Source: Nemertoderma westbladi (taxonomy: Eukaryota > Animalia > Xenacoelomorpha). Taken from it: DNA of 64,000 nt. The stretch covers positions 1-64,000 of the forward strand of contig JAUCBJ010002182.1 of assembly GCA_032718475.1 (NCBI GenBank), read 5' to 3'. The notes below the pieces were generated by a model that saw only the letters and a program-made list of their open reading frames with translations, was not told where the DNA came from and did not search any database. Positions 61,049-64,000 of the stretch are shown one piece after another (within the stretch, counting starts at the first letter, position 1; the number at the start of each line of letters is the position of its first letter). The position numbers were made by a program, and so were the translations under genes.

Positions 61049-61363
61049 ATAAGTGAATTGTTGTGGGGTGAGTGACGCGGTGTATTAAATATACAATGTA
61101 AATAGGACAATATGATAATGCTCTCCATAGCGAAAAATATCAACCGGCCCTGTTGGGGCTCGAACCCGGTACCTAGGTTTCAAACTTCTGGTTATCATCA
61201 GCCGGGTGAGTGTACTGAGCTACCAGCCCGGATGAATATTTCGCTATGGAGTGGGAGATCATATTTAGGCCAACTAATCACTCAAAATCGAGCCCCAATA
61301 GGGCCGGTTGATATTTTTCGCTATGGAGAGCATTATCATATTGTCTTATTTACATTGTATATT
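61049..61363 (-). mobile_element. Hairpin-shaped tRNA-derived SINE-like insertion with 15-bp TSD
   Basis: TAAAATCGTTTATTA at 61034-61048 and 61364-61378; ~79-bp inverted arms at 61085-61163 and 61288-61366; minus-strand A-box-like GGTAGCTCAGT and B-box-like GGTTCGAGCC. Confidence 0.7.
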
Positions 61364-61442
61364 TAAAATCGTTTATTAGAGTTTGTAACTTATTGTATGA
61401 TCGTGGGCACTACTCGACCGGACCGGTTCAAATATTCTCAAT

Positions 61443-61491
61443 ATTTATCTAGAGTATGGATACGCGATCATCAACTGACCGCAAGGTAACA
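61443..61491 (+). other. Duplicated acceptor and 5' part of the DAAM exon at 62893 (continues at 62866-62884 after the MITE)
   Basis: CTAG|AGTATGGATACGCGATCATCAACTGACCGCAAGGTAACA matches 62889-62931 with one mismatch. Confidence 0.9.
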
Positions 61492-61493
61492 GC

Positions 61494-62865
61494 TAGTGTT
61501 GAGAACTGTAACTGTAATTATACTGTAACTGCAACTGTAACTGAATGATTTTGATGATTTTTTGATACTGTAACTATAACTGTAACTGTAATTGCGAATT
61601 TTGAATACTGTAACTGTAACTGAAACTGTAATTAGGAATTTTGAATACTGTAACTGAAACTGTAATTAGGAATTTTGAATACTGTAACTGAAACTGTAAT
61701 TAGGAATTTTGAATACTGTAACTGAAACTGTAATTAGGAATTTTGAATACTGTAACTGAAACTGTAATTAGGAATTTTGAATACTGTAACTGAAACTGAA
61801 ATTGAAATTACTAAAAATCGATTCAGTTCTCAACCACACAACTAACATGAATGAGCATTTGAAACAGCATTGTAATAGTTAATAAATTAATAACAGTGGT
61901 CGACATGGGTATCATTTTTAAAACATTGTATTTTTATTTATTATTATAGTTTTGGACCTTGATAGTAACTGAGTAATGGGCCACCATATTAGTCAAGTGG
62001 CCCAATGACCCATTGCCCACTTAACTCAACTGTGATTTATTTGGCGAGTGAAGCATCGAGTAATGAACGAAGATCTACCATTATACTGTAGTTATAATTA
62101 GTCATGTTTATCTATCTCAACTGTTAGACTATTATCAGCCTTATCAGCACTCTTTGCTTCCTAATTATCGCATATCAAATGTAAATGTTTTAGATAAACA
62201 AAAATATAGTTAATGGTAATGTTAGAGGGATATATAACGGGTATATTTTACATGAAAATTAATGTTACTTATACTATTAATATTAAAGGGGATATCACAC
62301 TAGAGGCACACTGGAAATTAAATTTTTATCAAGTTTACCATTATAAATTACAAAATTACAATTAAACTTAAAAAGTGAAAGGAGTAGCTTATCGTGGTGG
62401 GTCTAACCAAAACTACAAATATATGATTACTACAACAAATTATAAATTAAGGGAATTGAGCAGGTTTCAGAAACATGCCATTATAACCAAAACAATAAAT
62501 GATAACAGTACAAGCACTGAAACAAGATGAACAGCAAAATGTTCATTTTTCGTTTTAGATAACCTTTTTTATTGGGCAAGTGATTCGTTTTATTTTTGTT
62601 GGGCAAGTGACTCATTGGGTGAGTGACTGCACTGCACCCCGCCCCGATGAGACTGACATTATTTCAATGACTGCTTACTATGTGGGATAATATATTGAAT
62701 CTATAACTGAAACTGTAACTGAAATTTTATCGCGAACAAAACTGTAACTGAAACTGAAATGTTAAATTTTGTAATACTGAAACTGTAACTGAAATGCAAA
62801 ACTTTGAATACTGAAACTGAAACTGTAACTTAAATTAGTCAAAATTGATTCAGTTCTCAACACTA
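61494..62865. mobile_element. hAT-like MITE
   Basis: Perfect TIR TAGTGTTGAGAACTG/CAGTTCTCAACACTA; 8-bp TSD GGTAACAC (left copy has one extra G); subterminal AACTGT/AACTGA repeats; no ORF. Confidence 0.82.
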
Positions 62866-62892
62866 GGTAACACTCCTACATTATATCTCTAG

Positions 62893-63029
62893 ATTATGGA
62901 TACGCGATCATCAACTGACCGCAAGGTAACACTCCTACATTATTTGGCGGAATTGTTGGAGAAGAAACTACCAGATGTTGCCAAGCTGGAGGATGAAATT
63001 CCCCACGTTCGATTTGCTGCCAAATTAAA
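62893..63029 (+). CDS. DAAM: DAAM FH2 exon
   Basis: CTCTAG|ATT...TTAAA|GTGAGT. Encodes IMDTRSSTDRKVTLLHYLAELLEKKLPDVAKLEDEIPHVRFAAKL (absent from the ORF track). Confidence 0.93.
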
Positions 63030-64000
63030 GTGAGTTTAACTAGTCGGCGTTCGCTATCTGCCGAATTAAAGTGAGTTTAACTAGTCGGCGTTCGCTAGCT
63101 GCCGAATTAAAGTAAGGTTAACTAGTTGGCGTTCTCTAGCTGCCGAATTAAAGTAAGGTTAACTAGTCGGCGTTCGCTTGCTGCCGAATTAAAGTGAGTT
63201 TAACTAGTCGGCGTTCGCTTGCTGCCGGATTAAAGTGAGTTTAACTAGTCGGCGTTCGCTTGCTGCCGAATTAAAGTAAGGTTAACTAGTTGGCGTTCGC
63301 TAGCTGCCGAATTAAAGTGAGTTTAACTAGTCGGCGTTCGCTTGCTGCCGAATTAAAGTGAGTTTAACTAGTCGGCATTCGCTAGCTGCCGAATTAAAGT
63401 AAGGTTAACTAGTCGGCGTTCGCTTGCTGCCGAATTAAAGTGAGTTTAACTAGTCGGCGTTCGCTAGCTGCCGAATTAAAGTAAGGTTAACTAGTCGGCG
63501 TTCACTAGCTGCCGAATTAAAGTGAGTTTAAATAGTCGGCGTTCGCTTGCTGCCGAATTAAAGTGAGTTTAACTAGTCGGCGTTCGCTTGCTGCCGAATT
63601 AAAGTGAGTTTAACTAGTCGGCGTTCGCTAGCTGCCGAATTAAAGTAAGGTTAACTAGTCGGCGTTCGCTTGCTGCCGAATTAAAGTAAGGTTAACTAGT
63701 TGGCGTTCGCTAGCTGCCGAATTAAAGTGAGTTTAACTAGTCGGCGTTCGCTTGCTGCCGAATTAAAGTGAGTTTAACTAGTCGGCGTTCGCTAGCTGCC
63801 GAATTAAAGTAAGGTTAACTAGTCGGCGTTCGCTTGCTGCCGAATTAAAGTGAGTTTAACTAGTCGGCGTTCGCTATCTGCCGAATTAAAGTGAGTTTAA
63901 CTAGTCGGCGTTCGCTAGCTGCCGAATTAAAGTAAGGTTAACTAGTCGGCGTTCGCTTGCTGCCGAATTAAAGTGAGTTTAACTAGTCGGCGTTCGCTAG
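63016..64000 (+). repeat. 41-bp array of the exon-end/donor junction, at least 24 copies, runs off the window
   Basis: Unit GCTGCCGAATTAAA|GTGAGT(or GTAAGG)TTAACTAGTCGGCGTTCGCTA; the exon itself ends GCTGCCAAATTAAA|GTGAGT. Confidence 0.96.

Noticed and set aside
61140-61230. Functional tRNA gene
   Set aside because: Only A/B-box-like motifs are present, no cloverleaf is evident, and it lies within a TSD-flanked insertion.

Overview
Animal (probably invertebrate) genomic DNA, mostly intronic sequence of a plus-strand DAAM-type formin gene. Six exons covering the FH1 and FH2 domains can be spliced in frame (26149-63029); the 5' and 3' exons were not found and probably lie outside the window. 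Left of the first exon and in the introns are: a head-to-tail dimer of an intact BEL/Pao LTR retrotransposon, two inverted copies of a Helentron/HINE-like non-autonomous element with CTCF-like motifs, a 5'-truncated RTE-type LINE, a nested intronless cytosolic aspartate aminotransferase (GOT1) gene on the same strand, degraded LINE/SINE pieces, a hAT-like MITE, a hairpin SINE-like insertion and about ten unrelated minisatellite arrays. The most striking pattern is that several arrays are amplifications of the DAAM exon-intron junctions themselves, giving banks of duplicated donor and acceptor sites. Three duplicated acceptors are in frame and would lengthen the proline-rich FH1 domain. The very long repetitive ORFs in the track are satellite artefacts. 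All coordinates were read by eye; copy numbers are approximate.
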